A stretch of 63,782 nucleotides of DNA, counting the filler, from Octopus bimaculoides (taxonomy: Eukaryota), in the NCBI RefSeq assembly GCF_001194135.2. It is 7 parts of 6 records of this genome, joined end to end, with 100 filler letters (N's around TTAATTAATTAA, not from the genome) between each part and the next. Parts side by side here need not be neighbours in the genome. Positions count along the whole stretch, not along the records: positions 1 to 31,002 come from NC_068982.1; positions 31,103 to 38,581 come from NC_068987.1; positions 38,682 to 47,481 come from NC_068990.1; 4 more parts are not named here. One strand, written 5' to 3'. Shown one piece after another: positions 26,239 through 40,183 of the stretch. The notes below the pieces were generated by a model. That model had not been told where the DNA came from. It saw only the letters and a program-made list of their open reading frames with translations, and ran no database searches. A program made the position numbers and the translations under genes. Positions within the stretch are counted from its first letter, which is position 1, and the number at the start of each line of letters is the position of its first letter.

Positions 26239-29200
26239 ATAGATAAATAGATGGATAGATAGATAGATACACATGCACGTTTCGGCTCGCACTGTGCATA
26301 CCTCTGTATGTATGTGTATGTGTGCGTATCTGTATGCATAATGAATCATTGGTGAGTTTCTATGAGTGTATTTGGTACTAAGATACGTGTTTCCCATTCT
26401 GTAATTATTATCAAGATCTACATTTTCTTACACAAGTTTTATCATTCTTTATATTTGGGAATGGTAATCTATATTCCGTTCATATTCTAGGTACACCCCC
26501 ACAATATCTTATATAACATGTCAATAATCAATTGTGCTCTATCTTAAATTTACCTCAGAAAATAGCCCTCTCTCTCTCTCTGAACAAAGAACCAAAATGA
26601 AAGTAAATATGACGTCCATTTGAAAACAGTCTTTAATATGGCTTATATCACGCCATCAGACTTTCTGTCTCTATCCCTTCTCTTGTTGGGTGTTCGATCA
26701 CAATGGCCATTATTTCTATTTAAGCACAATTCAATAAATATATGTCTGTGACTTTCTTGAATCTATTTCGCCGTTTCTCCAAAGACAATTCTTCGATGCG
26801 CTATTACACACTTCATGTGTCTATAAAGTTTTCTGCGTTAGATGTTAAAACATAAACAGAGATATATTTCTGATTATTTACACAAGTCTGAAAAGACACC
26901 GAACAGCTAGTCATTTTATTATGTGTCTTTCGCCTTCGTAATAACATAATATAACTCCTTTCAGAATTTAAACAACCTAGTGATCAATATCATTTTCGTC
27001 TGTTTAAACCTATTTCTTTATCTATTTTCTGGCGTCTAGCATGTCCTTTTTCCGATCTACATAAATCACACAACTATCTGTTTAAACAGACACAGCTTAC
27101 TTACAAACATATAGGCACTGAAGAAAACATACATTACCTAATTCCCCTTCAAGGAAAACGCAGTAGACATCACATGTGTTTCGATTTCTGCTTTGCAATG
27201 AAACAAACAAAGATATTATACGCCACACGAAGTAATCGATGTTTCATCCTTTATTTAGTCATCTTATTCACTTCTACAACATCTCATTCAGCACTTCGCA
27301 TTATAATATATAAAGGAATAAATATGCTTTATCTATTCATAACGTATATCTAAATCGACAGACCAACACCCTCCAACTGATGTATAGAACATCTATTATG
27401 CTTAAATATTTTTAATTATATAGAAAACTATCGGAAAATTATTTTCTTAAAAATGTATTGACTTGTGAAATACAGTAGTGAGTTGTGTTATATTTTATTC
27501 GCATTTGCTTCTATAGAGAGTATTAATACTTAATACCACTTAAAAGACATTCGGGAAATTTACAATATCAAACAAGAACAGGAAACATTAGAAACGGTCG
27601 AACATTTTACTCATTGATGCCTAAGTTGGTAACTACGTACTCTACATGTATGCATCTTGAATAATGTGTGCTTTCTATAGCATCCGGTGTGTATAAAAAA
27701 AACATGTCTCTGAATATTTCTTAGAAAATTTATCGGATTATAAGTAATGCACTCCTGCAACGATGAATATAAGCAATAAATATTGATTTTCTAAAAATGA
27801 CCCTTTCTGCTTTCTTTATTTGTACAAGTTTCAGATTTTCGACTATCGTTCGTAGAGTAGTGTGTGTACTCCCATATTCTTATTTAAGTCAGGAGTCAAG
27901 ATGAACGCTTCATTCAAAATAATATTGTGCTCTAACTTCATCGGTGTTATTTGTTGGTTATAGCCATCCCACGGATGCAAACAAAATTGTTTTTGTGGTG
28001 GTTATATCGTAAATGCTTGAATGTTTTAGTGTGCAGTCACCAGATACTGATATTTGGTCAAGATATAGATAAGGAAGTAAAGACGTTTAAAAATGTGTTT
28101 CCAGTAACTTTTAACCAGAATTTGTTTATTCTGCATATTGTATTGACTCAACTTGTGAATTTCAAATTATATATTTCTTTTAGGTTCTTCGCATCTTCAA
28201 TTTCTTCTGAGTATTCTGAAGAACTGCTATTCTAATAATGTTTTATTAAATATTTAAGAGAGAAAAGATAGCACATATGAATATGCTCCTCTCATCTATT
28301 ATTGTAGTTGATTTTCAATTTGAACATCTATTATAATTACTTGCATAATGTAACTTAAGAATGTTGCACGTGTTTGAGGATGGAAGTTTAGAAGAAGCAA
28401 ACACTGTGTTAGGCAGAGAGGCTGGAGCAAATGGCATCTACGATGATGGGTTTCTTTTCACAGGAAGCGAAGCGCAGCTAGTTGAACAAGTGGCAGAATC
28501 GCATAGAAATTCATTTGTTTTTGTTTTGTAATATTTGGGCAGATGGTTAGTTGATAAAAAGCAGCAGAAGTGCTTATTTTCCAAAGCTGCGTAGGATATA
28601 AAAAACGGTCATGTAACTAATAAGTAGTCAGGACAAAATGTTAGGTCACGCTTCAATTTTTTGTAACTGCTGAAATATTGAATATAGGTGGAAATAACTT
28701 CTAAACTTGTAAAGTATCCCTTCTACTTGTGATGTAGATTGTTTAATGTGATATATTTAAATACGTTGTGAGTAACTATATATTCGGAAATCCAACATTT
28801 ATAATAATACTGACGCGTATCATTGCTTGTTTATCATGTTATGACAGTGCACACCTGTTCACTTGATACATGTAAGTATATTGTTAAGAGATAGCGTGTG
28901 ATTAGCACGGCGATACTTAACATAAAGAGACGGGTTGGGTTATAATATCTACAAGAGAAGGTGGCGTTTGAGATAACAGAAGACATTACGCTTCATAAGA
29001 AAGATTGTAGCAGATATAATTGGCTCGGAATACGAAAACCAGATACAGTCGATGCGCATGTATTTAACGAGGCAGTTATCAAAAGTATAATGCTCTGGTG
29101 TATGAGATTAGCTTTTGATAGATCTGATTTAATACAGAAATACTGGCGGCTATAAAGAGAGAAGAAAAAATCTCCACATGAAAAATTGAGTTTTGTGTTT

Positions 29201-30295
29201 AAGAATTATTGCATTATTTGTGATAATCTGGATGAAATGATGAAGTTGGTCAAGTATTACGCGATGCATTAATGAAAAAAACACCATTTATATAAATTAG
29301 TGACAAGCAAACAGAGCAAGATTTAGCAGTCTAAAAAAAATACGAAACATTTCTAACGTGTTGTTCGAGGGACCGAAAGGTTTCACATTGAGATATTTCG
29401 AAACAGGATAGTGGGAAATATATGATGAAGATAGGCATGTTTTAGAAGTCTTTGTAAGCTAGTTTACTATAGTGCTCGAAATGAAAAGAACACAAATTAC
29501 ATTGGTTACAGCGAGATAAATTCTATGGAAAAGAAGGTGTTGAATGCGCAATTTTCGTTGAATTGTAGGGACAAGACGAGTGCAATGGTATTTGTGGGCT
29601 CATGTTCTGTGGTTTTTACATTTGACTTTACACAAAGCGTCAAGTAAAGAAATAACAAATCAATATTGACTATTATTGTTTCTGCACTAGCGCTTTCCAA
29701 ATATTGCGTAATTTTTGGTCTGGTAAAATAAAGAAGATAATGATATTCTAAATAGATCTAGTGACATTATTGTTTTATTTTTATGTATTATGAATTCAAA
29801 GCTGAATAAAATGCATTAAGTATGTTTTGCAAAAAGGAATATCCTTCAGTCATGTCATTATTCATTTATCAAAGAAGCAGATGTTATGTCTTTCAAATTT
29901 AACACTATTAAGGCAACGGTGCGTGTAGAAAAAGATGGATATTAACAAAGTTCGAATCTTGAAACTCGGTAAAATGCAGTAATCATGTTTCAAAATAATG
30001 TAACACAAGGACAAATTTTTTTAGGCCAAAAATATTGAAGTCATTTCACTCAAGTACTCGTCGATATTTATGACATTGAACCTTGAGAGAGTTCACCTTG
30101 CTTTAATATCCTATGTGTGAGTCTGCACTAAATGCCATAATACTGTAGATAATTTAGCTAATCAACATGGTTATTGCAAACATTGACGTAATAAATATAT
30201 TTGAAGAAAATAACTTAACATACAACTGTTCCATTCGGCCGACGTACATATTTTATAATCATAGGTTTATAATCTTGGAATTTATCTACTAATAC

Positions 30296-31002
30296 ATTTC
30301 TTTTATTAGCCACACAGGGCTCAACGAAGATGGGACAAATACAATGTAGAGCTTTTCTTTTTGGGAGGGGGAGGGAAAACAATTAGAGGTGTGTCGATCA
30401 AAAGGGAAGGGAAAAAGGAGGGAGTTCGATCAAAAGGGATCGAAAATAAAAAACGATCAATAGGGATCGTGTATCACAGTCATGTTCTTGTGTAAAAAGA
30501 GGGGAGGACAGTTTAGGTTTAGCCGTGGAAAGAAAAGCCTACGGAAAAGACCACGGTAACCTTGGTCAATATTGTCATTGAAGAAACTATAACAGTAAGT
30601 GACTCTCTTTTGCCTTTTTGATTTTCTTTTTCTAGTTCATAGGGTTATGCTCAAGGTGGCTCTGTCGTTCACACGTGCCATCCTTGTTACGTTCACCTAT
30701 CTTTTTTTGAAGCATTTACTAGACAAGACTTCCCTTTCTACTCTCACCTTCCTCTTCAGGTGATACTTGAAGAAGTTGATGAGAGATTGCCCAGAGAGGA
30801 AAGTCTTTGTCTCTAGACCTTTCAGACGCGTCCACCATACACATTCTTTCGCCATAGCCACAAGTACGATGAAAATAGCTCTTTCTTCCCGTTTAAAGGA
30901 AGGAGGCGCGACAATATTCACGATAGACTCGGCTGATAGACCGACTCGTCCCACACGCGATAGCAGTTGTTCGACGTAAGCCCACAGCTCGGAAATGGTG
31001 GG
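30296..31002 (-). mobile_element. L1/Tx1-type LINE 3' end (ORF2 C-terminus and 3' UTR), cut by a gap
   Basis: - strand frame ..ISELWAYVEQLLSRVGRVGLSAESIVNIVAPPSFKREERAIFIVLVAMAKECVWWTRLKG..FFKYHLKRKVRVERE.. resembles the post-zinc-knuckle C-terminus of L1/Tx1 ORF2. One premature stop near 30697, terminal stop at 30637, AATAAA at 30307-30302. Confidence 0.75.
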
Positions 31003-31102
31003 NNNNNNNNNNNNNNNNNNNNNNNNNNNNNNNNNNNNNNNNNNNNTTAATTAATTAANNNNNNNNNNNNNNNNNNNNNNNNNNNNNNNNNNNNNNNNNN
31101 NN
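31003..31102. other. Assembly spacer: 44 N + TTAATTAATTAA + 44 N (also at about 38.6, 47.5, 51.2, 58.8 and 61.1 kb)
   Basis: The same six-frame-stop 12-mer sits centred in 100-bp gaps, so it is a scaffolding artefact. Confidence 0.95.
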
Positions 31103-32399
31103 ACACACATATATTAGAGGAAATAGGACAACAAAAACCGAGGCAGGACGAGTACCTCAAGTACAATTACACTATTTAATTGGGGTAAGGTGAATTTGAA
31201 GTTTTATAGCTGTTTCTGGGATAGGCTAGCATATATGTACGTTGGGTATGCCGTCACCAGAGACAAGGTGAATATGTATGAAATCTCTAGACAGAGACAT
31301 TCAGAGTTCATAAGGAACATAGTAGATAGAAGGATAAAGAGTAAAACAGTAGATAGAAGAATACAGATAGGAGAATAAAGTTTACAGCTCATCTTTATTC
31401 GGAGGGTATGGAAATTAGTCCGTACTTCAGTGAATGAATACGCCCTTAGGTCTAATAATCCCAGATAAATCCAGACAATATTTTGGCAGTAGTTTAAATG
31501 TCACGTGCATGTTGAAGAAATAGATTAAGCGGTTAGCTAGTATGCAAAATGTCCACGTGGGTATATAGAGGGAAAAAGAAAGACATCATGGTAGACAGTG
31601 AGTGAAGGGTAGAGAGAGGAGAAAGAAAGAAAAGAAAGGGATGGGATAGGTGTGAGAAAGAAGGAATGAGAGCGAAAGTAATATGAAATCCCAAATTCAG
31701 AAACGTCAAAATAAAAAATAAAAAATTAAAATAAATTAAAGATAAAAATAAGATGCCAGTATTATTCTTTGCAAGGGTTGGTTCGGGGTTAGAGGTCAGG
31801 CACTAAGGATTTGGTAAAGTGGTGGAGGTAGGCATTTATGTCTTTTAATTAATCGGTGTGGTCAGGAAGAGAAATTTAGTTCAGAGGTCAGTAGGGTTAG
31901 TAAAAAATAGATGCCTGTCTGAAGGGAATATATATAAGATTAAAAATACAATTAAATGGATAAAAGTTAAAGAATTAAAAACTATCAAACTATCAGTTAG
32001 ATTAAAAATTTAAAAGTTTACAGATTAAAAAATTAAAATTAAAAATTAGAAAAAGATTATTGCAGCTATGTAGCTTCTAAGATGTTGAGAGAGAAGAAAA
32101 GATAAAACGCTTTTGTTGTCCTTTTTCCTCTAATATAATATATACCTGCTAACTCGGAAGCCTAATGCGGAATCCTCGCTCCAGCCACAGTTTTGAACTT
32201 GGAATCTAACGGATGATCAATTATAGCACTTAATCAGCGTACCTATTCGTGTAGATCACCAGCGCACCAGTGAACCAAACCCCTCATATTCTGTATATAC
32301 TATTATATATATAAACGATTCTCTATACACAAACGTAAACACATACACACACAATCATATACATGTTGTCAAAACACTTACAACCTTAATAGTTCAATG

Positions 32400-33680
32400 T
32401 ATTTCTAGTAACAGATACATTCGTTCAATTACAAGTAGAAATTTGTTCACACTTTATTTTGATATTTCAATCTTTAGTTAATAGCTCAAACATATTGCAT
32501 ACGGAATATATACCATCAAATTCTTTTCTCTTACCATAGTTGTACCAGAAGCTTAATTCCATGCTTAGAGTATTTGGCTCGTTCTGTGACAAAAAAAAAT
32601 TCTTGCATTCGTTTACAACCCCATCCGTAATGTTCAATCTCCATGTGTGCAGGAAATGAGCTATGGCTCGGCAAAGATAGTAATCTGATGGTGCAAGATT
32701 TGAACTGTTAACAGGGTAAGGCAGCAGTTTCATCTCTCCAAGTTCCTGAAGTCACATATCGGTGTATGCTGAGGCATTGTCATAATATAAGAATACATAT
32801 CTCCGAATGACCTAGATCCGGGTAGCGGGCTTTCAAAGTATTATATAGTCTCTACAGTTCTAGAAACCCATATAATTCTATCAAGCACACAATATACTAT
32901 TCTGCTCAAACAGCGCTTCATTGACAACAGATTGTGAAGCCTCGCCGGAAAGAAGCTACTGATCTCTCTTATTACTATTACGAACATACATCTATTTTTC
33001 CTTCCCAGTCACAATTCGATGCCAACAATGAGAATCTCGAGGATTTGCCAACACTTGTTCACACGTAGTTGAGCCTGGTCCTTGTTAAGTTTCTGAGGAG
33101 CTACTCCACAGATCTGATCACAAGACCGAGCTTATGGAGTTGTCTATTAATGGTGATTTGTGACGGACCAAATTCGTGTGCTTGTGCTTGGCTTTTCCTC
33201 AACCATTCCAGCAAGGTTTCATCTTCCACAACAAAAGGTTGTTGTGTCGACGCCCCCAGACGATGAAGAAGGCTAGCCCAATACGTAGATATAGAGGGAG
33301 AAGTCTAGACGTCGAAGTGGTTGAGTAGAGGTCATCCAAACGTGCGATATACCAGTGGCGACGGGGCTTTCGTAGCTCACACAGCCACTGTGTAGTATTG
33401 CGATATAACAAAGGTTTTCCTGACATTGAATTGTCTTCAAGACTGGTGTCACTTCTCTTGAAACGTCTGTTTTCGGTTCCTGGGCCTTCCACATCATTAA
33501 TTTCTTTTCCAACTGCCGTTATACACAGTACGTTTTTACACAGGTAGCCCAAAATGGTTGTAATTCCTATTTTGTACCACTCATTTACACAGCTGTAGAC
33601 TAAAGAATATACAGAGATACACGTTGCAAAATATCATCGGTGAAAATCCGAAAAAATTCATACCTCAGCCTGGTACCAAT
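32400..33680 (-). mobile_element. Decayed mariner transposase relic
   Basis: - strand fragments FKRSDTSLEDNSMSGKP (HTH region, F..GD..LED..RSGRP) and LLPYPVNSSNLAPSDYYLCRAIAHFL (HPPYSPDLAPSDY motif); multiple stops and frameshifts. Confidence 0.8.
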
Positions 33681-36600
33681 GTAGAGAAAAAGGAATTTGA
33701 GTCATAAATGTAAATGTGAGTTAGTGGAATGCCAGAAAGCTTAATTTTGAATAACTGAAAATCAGACTATTGAAAATTTAAAGACCAGATACACATAATA
33801 CCAAATTTTGAAATATTTCACGGGAGCAAAATAAAGAAATCAACCTTCAAAGATATTTGTACACAGTATTAAGAGGTACTATATTTCAGAAATATACTAC
33901 ACATCAAAATATCTTAGTAAGTGTATTGAGTAGATACGATCTCGAAGCGAGAAATGAAAGCTTAGAAAGTTTAGCTATCGAAAAATTTCGAATAATATAT
34001 GTACTATTGACCAATAATTTCTAACAGATTCATATAACACGGGATTTCACTGGAGTGAGGTAACTTTGAGACACCGTGATGTTTCGAATTTATTGCTTGT
34101 CTTCACATTCAAAGCTGCCTTGTGTCGATGTATCTAAGAAGAGTAGAGGTTTTTTTTTTGTATGAATCAGCAAACAAATTATCCGCTAATGCGCCCTGGT
34201 GCGAGAATTTATATTTATCTCCTGATATTACACGTGGTGACAAAAGTATACTTCCATTGATCAACTGATATTTGAAGACACTATCCTACGTAGCCCAAAT
34301 ATATATGTAGTGTGTAGTGGTATTTCTCTTAGATTGTTTCTCTATACGAGCATAATAGTTGTTGAAATCTTGTTTAAGAAATTTATTAGATGTATGTAAG
34401 AAATTTAGTTTGATGTCAGTTATGAACTTTGTAATATATAATTTGCTCTTCTGGAAGCAGTTGAAATATATTGTGTTTCTGCTAATGGCATTTTAATTTT
34501 GTTATTGGCTGAAATTTTTTGCATTTTGTGATGAAAGATTTAGCTTAATTCTGACTATTGCAATGACAAAAATTATTGTGAGCGAATGTAAAGAATGCCA
34601 AATGATATTTGAACTGACATTCAAGTAATCAAGAGGATTATGATTAATATATTATTTTCCGTTTTTCTATAAGCGATTGCATTCTTCAAAATTTTGTCTT
34701 GATAAATAACTTACTTTTTCGATAAATCGCTTCTGAATAGTGTGTGGGTCACTGTAATAATAACGTATAATGAGACACGACTATAGCACATAACTTTAAA
34801 AGCTCACAGGCGGAGCTCTTTGTAAGTATAAAATTAAGTGCCTATGCGTAGAATGTCTACCTGCTAATACAAACTCACATTGAAGAGCGATTCTTTATAT
34901 ATATACAAGCGCTCATTCCCACTGAAATATATATATGTATATATATATATATATATACATNNNNNNNNNNNNNNNNNNNNNNNNNNNNNNNNNNNNNNNN
35001 NNNNNNNNNNNNNNNNNNNNNNNNNNNNNNNNNNNNNNNNNNNNNNNNNNNNNNNNNNNNNNNNNNNNNNNNNNNNNNNNNNNNNNNNNNNNNNNNNNNN
35101 NNNNNNNNNNNNNNNNNNNNNNNNNNNNNNNNNNNNNNNNNNNNNNNNNNNNNNNNNNNNNNNNNNNNNNNNNNNNNNNNNNNNNNNNNNNNNNNNNNNN
35201 NNNNNNNNNNNNNNNNNNNNNNNNNNNNNNNNNNNNNNNNNNNNNNNNNNNNNNNNNNNNNNNNNNNNNNNNNNNNNNNNNNNNNNNNNNNNNNNNNNNN
35301 NNNNNNNNNNNNNNNNNNNNNNNNNNNNNNATATATATATACCGTAAAAACCCATGTAATTAGCGCACCTGCGTAATTTACGCGGGTGATTTTCAGGATA
35401 GAAATTGTTAAAAAAGCTTCTACTCATGTAAAATTCGCATCCAAAAGTTTTCAGAATTTCCGATATGGCCAGAGAGAAAAAGTTTTCAATTTAGTTGTAT
35501 TTAGCATAATTTCACTTACTTATGCTTAAATATTATTAAATGTTTAGATAAAAATAATTTCTGTTTAACAAGTATCACATTAAAAGCTATTAAATTACAA
35601 AGTGTTTGTGTTGTTTATAATAAACATTATTCTAAATCTCTTACCCACAAGCGAATATGTCCGATCTTTAGCATATTGCTGTATGTCTTCTCAAATCACG
35701 ATTACAGTAGTAGTTGTTCATAAGAATTATCAACAAAAACAAAGCTGATAAATACGCACAGGTGTCGCAAATTAAGTTTAATTACCGATAGATATCAAGC
35801 TTGGATGATATTTTACTCAACCGAATAAAATATGTAGAATATGTCCTGGACCGTGATTATCAGCATGACCGTCAGATTTCAGAAAGTAGTTAGCCATTTA
35901 ATGGTTTTAGTAAATTTATACGGAAAAAGCAAGCATTATACCGTCTAGCATAAATAAAAGTCAATTTCATTATACTTAAGCCCTTATTTTTCTCTCTAAA
36001 ACCTAGTCTAAGATTAAATGAGTCAACTTCTGGTAAGCATGTTTATGTTTTGTACGTCTTTTTTCAACAAAAAAAAGAAAAAAAATTCTAAAAGAATTCT
36101 GGCAACGATCTACTCAAAACATTTNNNNNNNNNNNNNNNNNNNNNNNNNNNNNNNNNNNNNNNNNNNNNNNNNNNNNNNNNNNNNNNNNNNNNNNNNNNN
36201 NNNNNNNNNNNNNNNNNNNNNNNNNNNNNNNNNNNNNNNNNNNNNNNNNNNNNNNNNNNNNNNNNNNNNNNNNNNNNNNNNNNNNNNNNNNNNNNNNNNN
36301 NNNNNNNNNNNNNNNNNNNNNNNNNNNNNNNNNNNNNNNNNNNNNNNNNNNNNNNNNNNNNNNNNNNNNNNNNNNNNNNNNNNNNNNNNNNNNNNNNNNN
36401 NNNNNNNNNTATATATATATATATATATATGTATATGTATATGTATATACATACGTATACATATACGAAGATAGATAGGTATAAGAATAAATACACACCC
36501 AAACGCATACATTTATAGACATACTGCATCCAGATGCACAGGCAAGAGTACGTGATTGAACATGCGCATACTTAAGACAAATTAATTTACAGATATTTCC

Positions 36601-37253
36601 GACGTCTCACGTTGTGTGATAGAGCAAAATTTGCCATATCCACCGATACTCACTGCAGTGAATGTATGGAGATATTTGTGCGCTTGCATATGCGTGAACA
36701 TGTGAAATCACTCGATTACTTATATAGTTATAAGCATGAGTGCGCGTACGTGTGCGTACGTGTGTGCGTGAGTGTTAGTCTCTGTGTGCGCGTGTGCGTG
36801 CGTGCGGGTGTAGGTGTGTATGATTGTGTGTGAGAGAGAAAGGGAGAGAGAGAGAGAGAGAGAGAGAGTGAGAGAGTGAGAGAGAGAGAGAGCCTGAGAG
36901 AGAAGTGAGAGATAAGTGGGAGAGAAGTGACAGAGAAAGCTAGTGACTGTATAGAGGAGGAAAAACTTCTCATAGGCCCAATTTTTATAAGTATGTAACC
37001 TGTCCTTTTCCGTGTACACAGACACACCTCTATTCCACTTCGTATTTGCAAAATCTTGCAGCAGTGTCTTTGCAATAGCATGCACAGGAATAATATGGAA
37101 TTTAAGTTATGTACTAAAATATTCTTTTAACTTCTATGGCAAAGCTATAAATGAATCAACAGGAAATTTCAACTCTCAATACGAAAAGCTGACTGGCAGA
37201 AAGCTCGAAATTTCTGAATAGCACATTAGATTCCACATATATATGTACGTGCA

Positions 37254-37318
<65 letters not shown>

Positions 37319-37319
37319 G

Positions 37320-37354
<35 letters not shown>

Positions 37355-38681
37355 GTCTCTCTCTCCCTCCCTATCTCGCTCTTTCGCTCTCTCTCTCTAT
37401 CTATCTCCCTCTCTCTATCTTCCTCTCTCTCAAAATATATTTACATATATGCATTTATGTACATAGACATACATAGAGACACATACACGTAAATACAAAT
37501 CTGTCAATGAAATAATAATACGTACACCCTACAGCTGTACAATACACAAATGCAATCATTAAGTGCATTTTTGATGTGGAACATTCGTACANNNNNNNNN
37601 NNNNNNNNNNNNNNNNNNNNNNNNNNNNNNNNNNNNNNNNNNNNNNNNNNNNNNNNNNNNNNNNNNNNNNNNNNNNNNNNNNNNNNNNNNNNNNNNNNNN
37701 NNNNNNNNNNNNNNNNNNNNNNNNNNNNNNNNNNNNNNNNNNNNNNNNNNNNNNNNNNNNNNNNNNNNNNNNNNNNNNNNNNNNNNNNNNNNNNNNNNNN
37801 NNNNNNNNNNNNNNNNNNNNNNNNNNNNNNNNNNNNNNNNNNNNNNNNNNNNNNNNNNNNNNNNNNNNNNNNNNNNNNNNNNNNNNNNNNNNNNNNNNNN
37901 NNNNNNNNNNNNNNNNNNNNNNNNNNNNNNNNNNNNNNNNNNNNNNNNNNNNNNNNNNNNNNNNNNNNNNNNNNNNNNNNNNNNNNNNNNNNNNNNNNNN
38001 NNNNNNNNNNNNNNNNNNNNNNNNNNNNNNNNNNNNNNNNNNNNNNNNNNNNNNNNNNNNNNNNNNNNNNNNNNNNNNNNNNNNNNNNNNNNNNNNNNNN
38101 NNNNNNNNNNNNNNNNNNNNNNNNNNNNNNNNNNNNNNNNNNNNNNNNNNNNNNNNNNNNNNNNNNNNNNNNNNNNNNNNNNNNNNNNNNNNNNNNNNNN
38201 NNNNNNNNNNNNNATATATATATATATAACGTATATATAATTGATTTCTTGTTTGTGTGTATATATAAGTGGGTGACATGATTGGTGATTGTTCGGAAAT
38301 GGACAGGTTAACGTACATCACTGTTTTAAACCAATTCTTCAATGTAGATTAGCTGCCGAAATTTGTTGTCTTTTGTTGCTATTGCGGATCTTTATGTTGC
38401 TGCTATCTGTGTATTGATGTGTTTGACTGTATGTTCGTAAATGCATGCTACAATAGATTAGTATTTAGGAGTGTTAATGTATCTGTATGCGTTGATATTC
38501 TATTGTGCATTAACTCTCAATATTATTAGCTGCAGACAGCAGAAATGTACGTTATACACACATACACAAACACACATATGTNNNNNNNNNNNNNNNNNNN
38601 NNNNNNNNNNNNNNNNNNNNNNNNNTTAATTAATTAANNNNNNNNNNNNNNNNNNNNNNNNNNNNNNNNNNNNNNNNNNNN

Positions 38682-38720
<39 letters not shown>

Positions 38721-39023
38721 GCACGCACGCACGCACGCACGCACATGCACTCACAAACACGGATGTAAAACGCGTTCGTACTCACATGTTTGATGCAGGA
38801 AGTATTACAATTGTTCGCTGCTGCAAATTGTTAAGCGTTGAAGGAAACCCGGCATTAATAAACATTGACTAATATATTGTCGTATTTAAGCAATTAAAGC
38901 AGACTGTTCCGGATATGCCTCAGTATTTTTATGACATCATGGGAGATTCCCAACGTAAATTTCTAAAAATTGTACACAGGAGACAGAGAGGAAGGGAGGG
39001 AAAGGGAGAGAGAGAGAGAGAGG

Positions 39024-39054
<31 letters not shown>

Positions 39055-39580
39055 GAGTGGTGGAGTGTGTGAGTGAGCGAATGAGAGAAAAATTATACGC
39101 TGGTTTTACTCAAATACACACACACACACACACAGAGGTACGCACTGACGGACACACATATGCATATAGATATTTATCTATTTTATTTCAGTATACTTAG
39201 ATACACACACACATATACATGGACATATGTACACATACATACATACATAATGCATGCATGCAAACATAATACGTGCATACATACATATATTTATATGTAC
39301 ATTTATTTATATATGTATACACACACACACATACACACACACACCTTTATAATCATTAAAATTTAATTAAATCTGAAATTGTACATTCAAGTTATTTATT
39401 TTTATAACGTTAATATTTAATATTTAGTAGACACGCCCTTTGCTATCGGGTTTTTTACTGATCAGATGACGAATATTCTCTGGCGGAACCTCTTGCTAAG
39501 TTTTACATGGCAATCTCAAAAGAGCTGGCTTTGAAGATGCGTTCTTGTTTTTATGAATTGTCCTCTCCATTATATCTCAA

Positions 39581-39875
39581 AGGTGTTCAATAGGGTTAAT
39601 ATCTGGTGACTCCCGGTGCTCAGTTCCCGGCGACGCGTTGTGTTCTTGAGCAAGACACTTAATTTCACGTTGCTCCAGTCCACTCAGCTGGCAAAAATGA
39701 ATTGTACTTGAATTTCAAAGGGCCAGCCTTGTCACACTTTGTGTCACGCTGAATCTCCTCTGAGGCACACGTGTCTGTGGAGTGCTCAGCCACTTGCAAG
39801 TTAATTTCACGAGCAGGCTGTTCCGTCGATCGGATCAGCTGGGACCCTCGTCGTCGTCGCCGACGGAGTGCTCCA
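39581..39875 (+). mobile_element. SINE variant: CORE-like body joined to the family C tail
   Basis: GTTGTGTTCTTGAGCAAGACACTTAATTTCACGTTGCTCCAGTCCACTCAGCTG followed by TTCAAAGGGCCAGCCTTGTCACAC..GAGCAGGCTGTTCCG..GACGGAGTGC, as at 52540-52710. Confidence 0.8.
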
Positions 39876-39948
39876 TTAATTATACGAGTGCAATATTGCA
39901 TTGCTTGATATATGAGTAAAGAGCGCAGTATATATATGTATACATGCA

Positions 39949-39979
<31 letters not shown>

Positions 39980-40183
39980 TGGCATAAGCTGATGGTGAGC
40001 GGAATGACTGCTTACATGTGTAAGTGTGTATATATGTAGGCGTGTATTTAATATAAATACTGTGGCATTCATTTCTTGATCTTCGCGTGTTTATTTATGT
40101 AGACGGTTATGTGGGTATATGTGTGTGTATGTGTGTTTTTGTGCGTGTGTGTGTGTGTGTGTGCGCGCTTATTGTTGCGGATA

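Noticed and set aside
31047-31058. TTAATTAATTAA recurring six times as if a regularly placed motif
   Set aside because: Always centred in 100-bp N spacers; an assembly linker with stops in all six frames.
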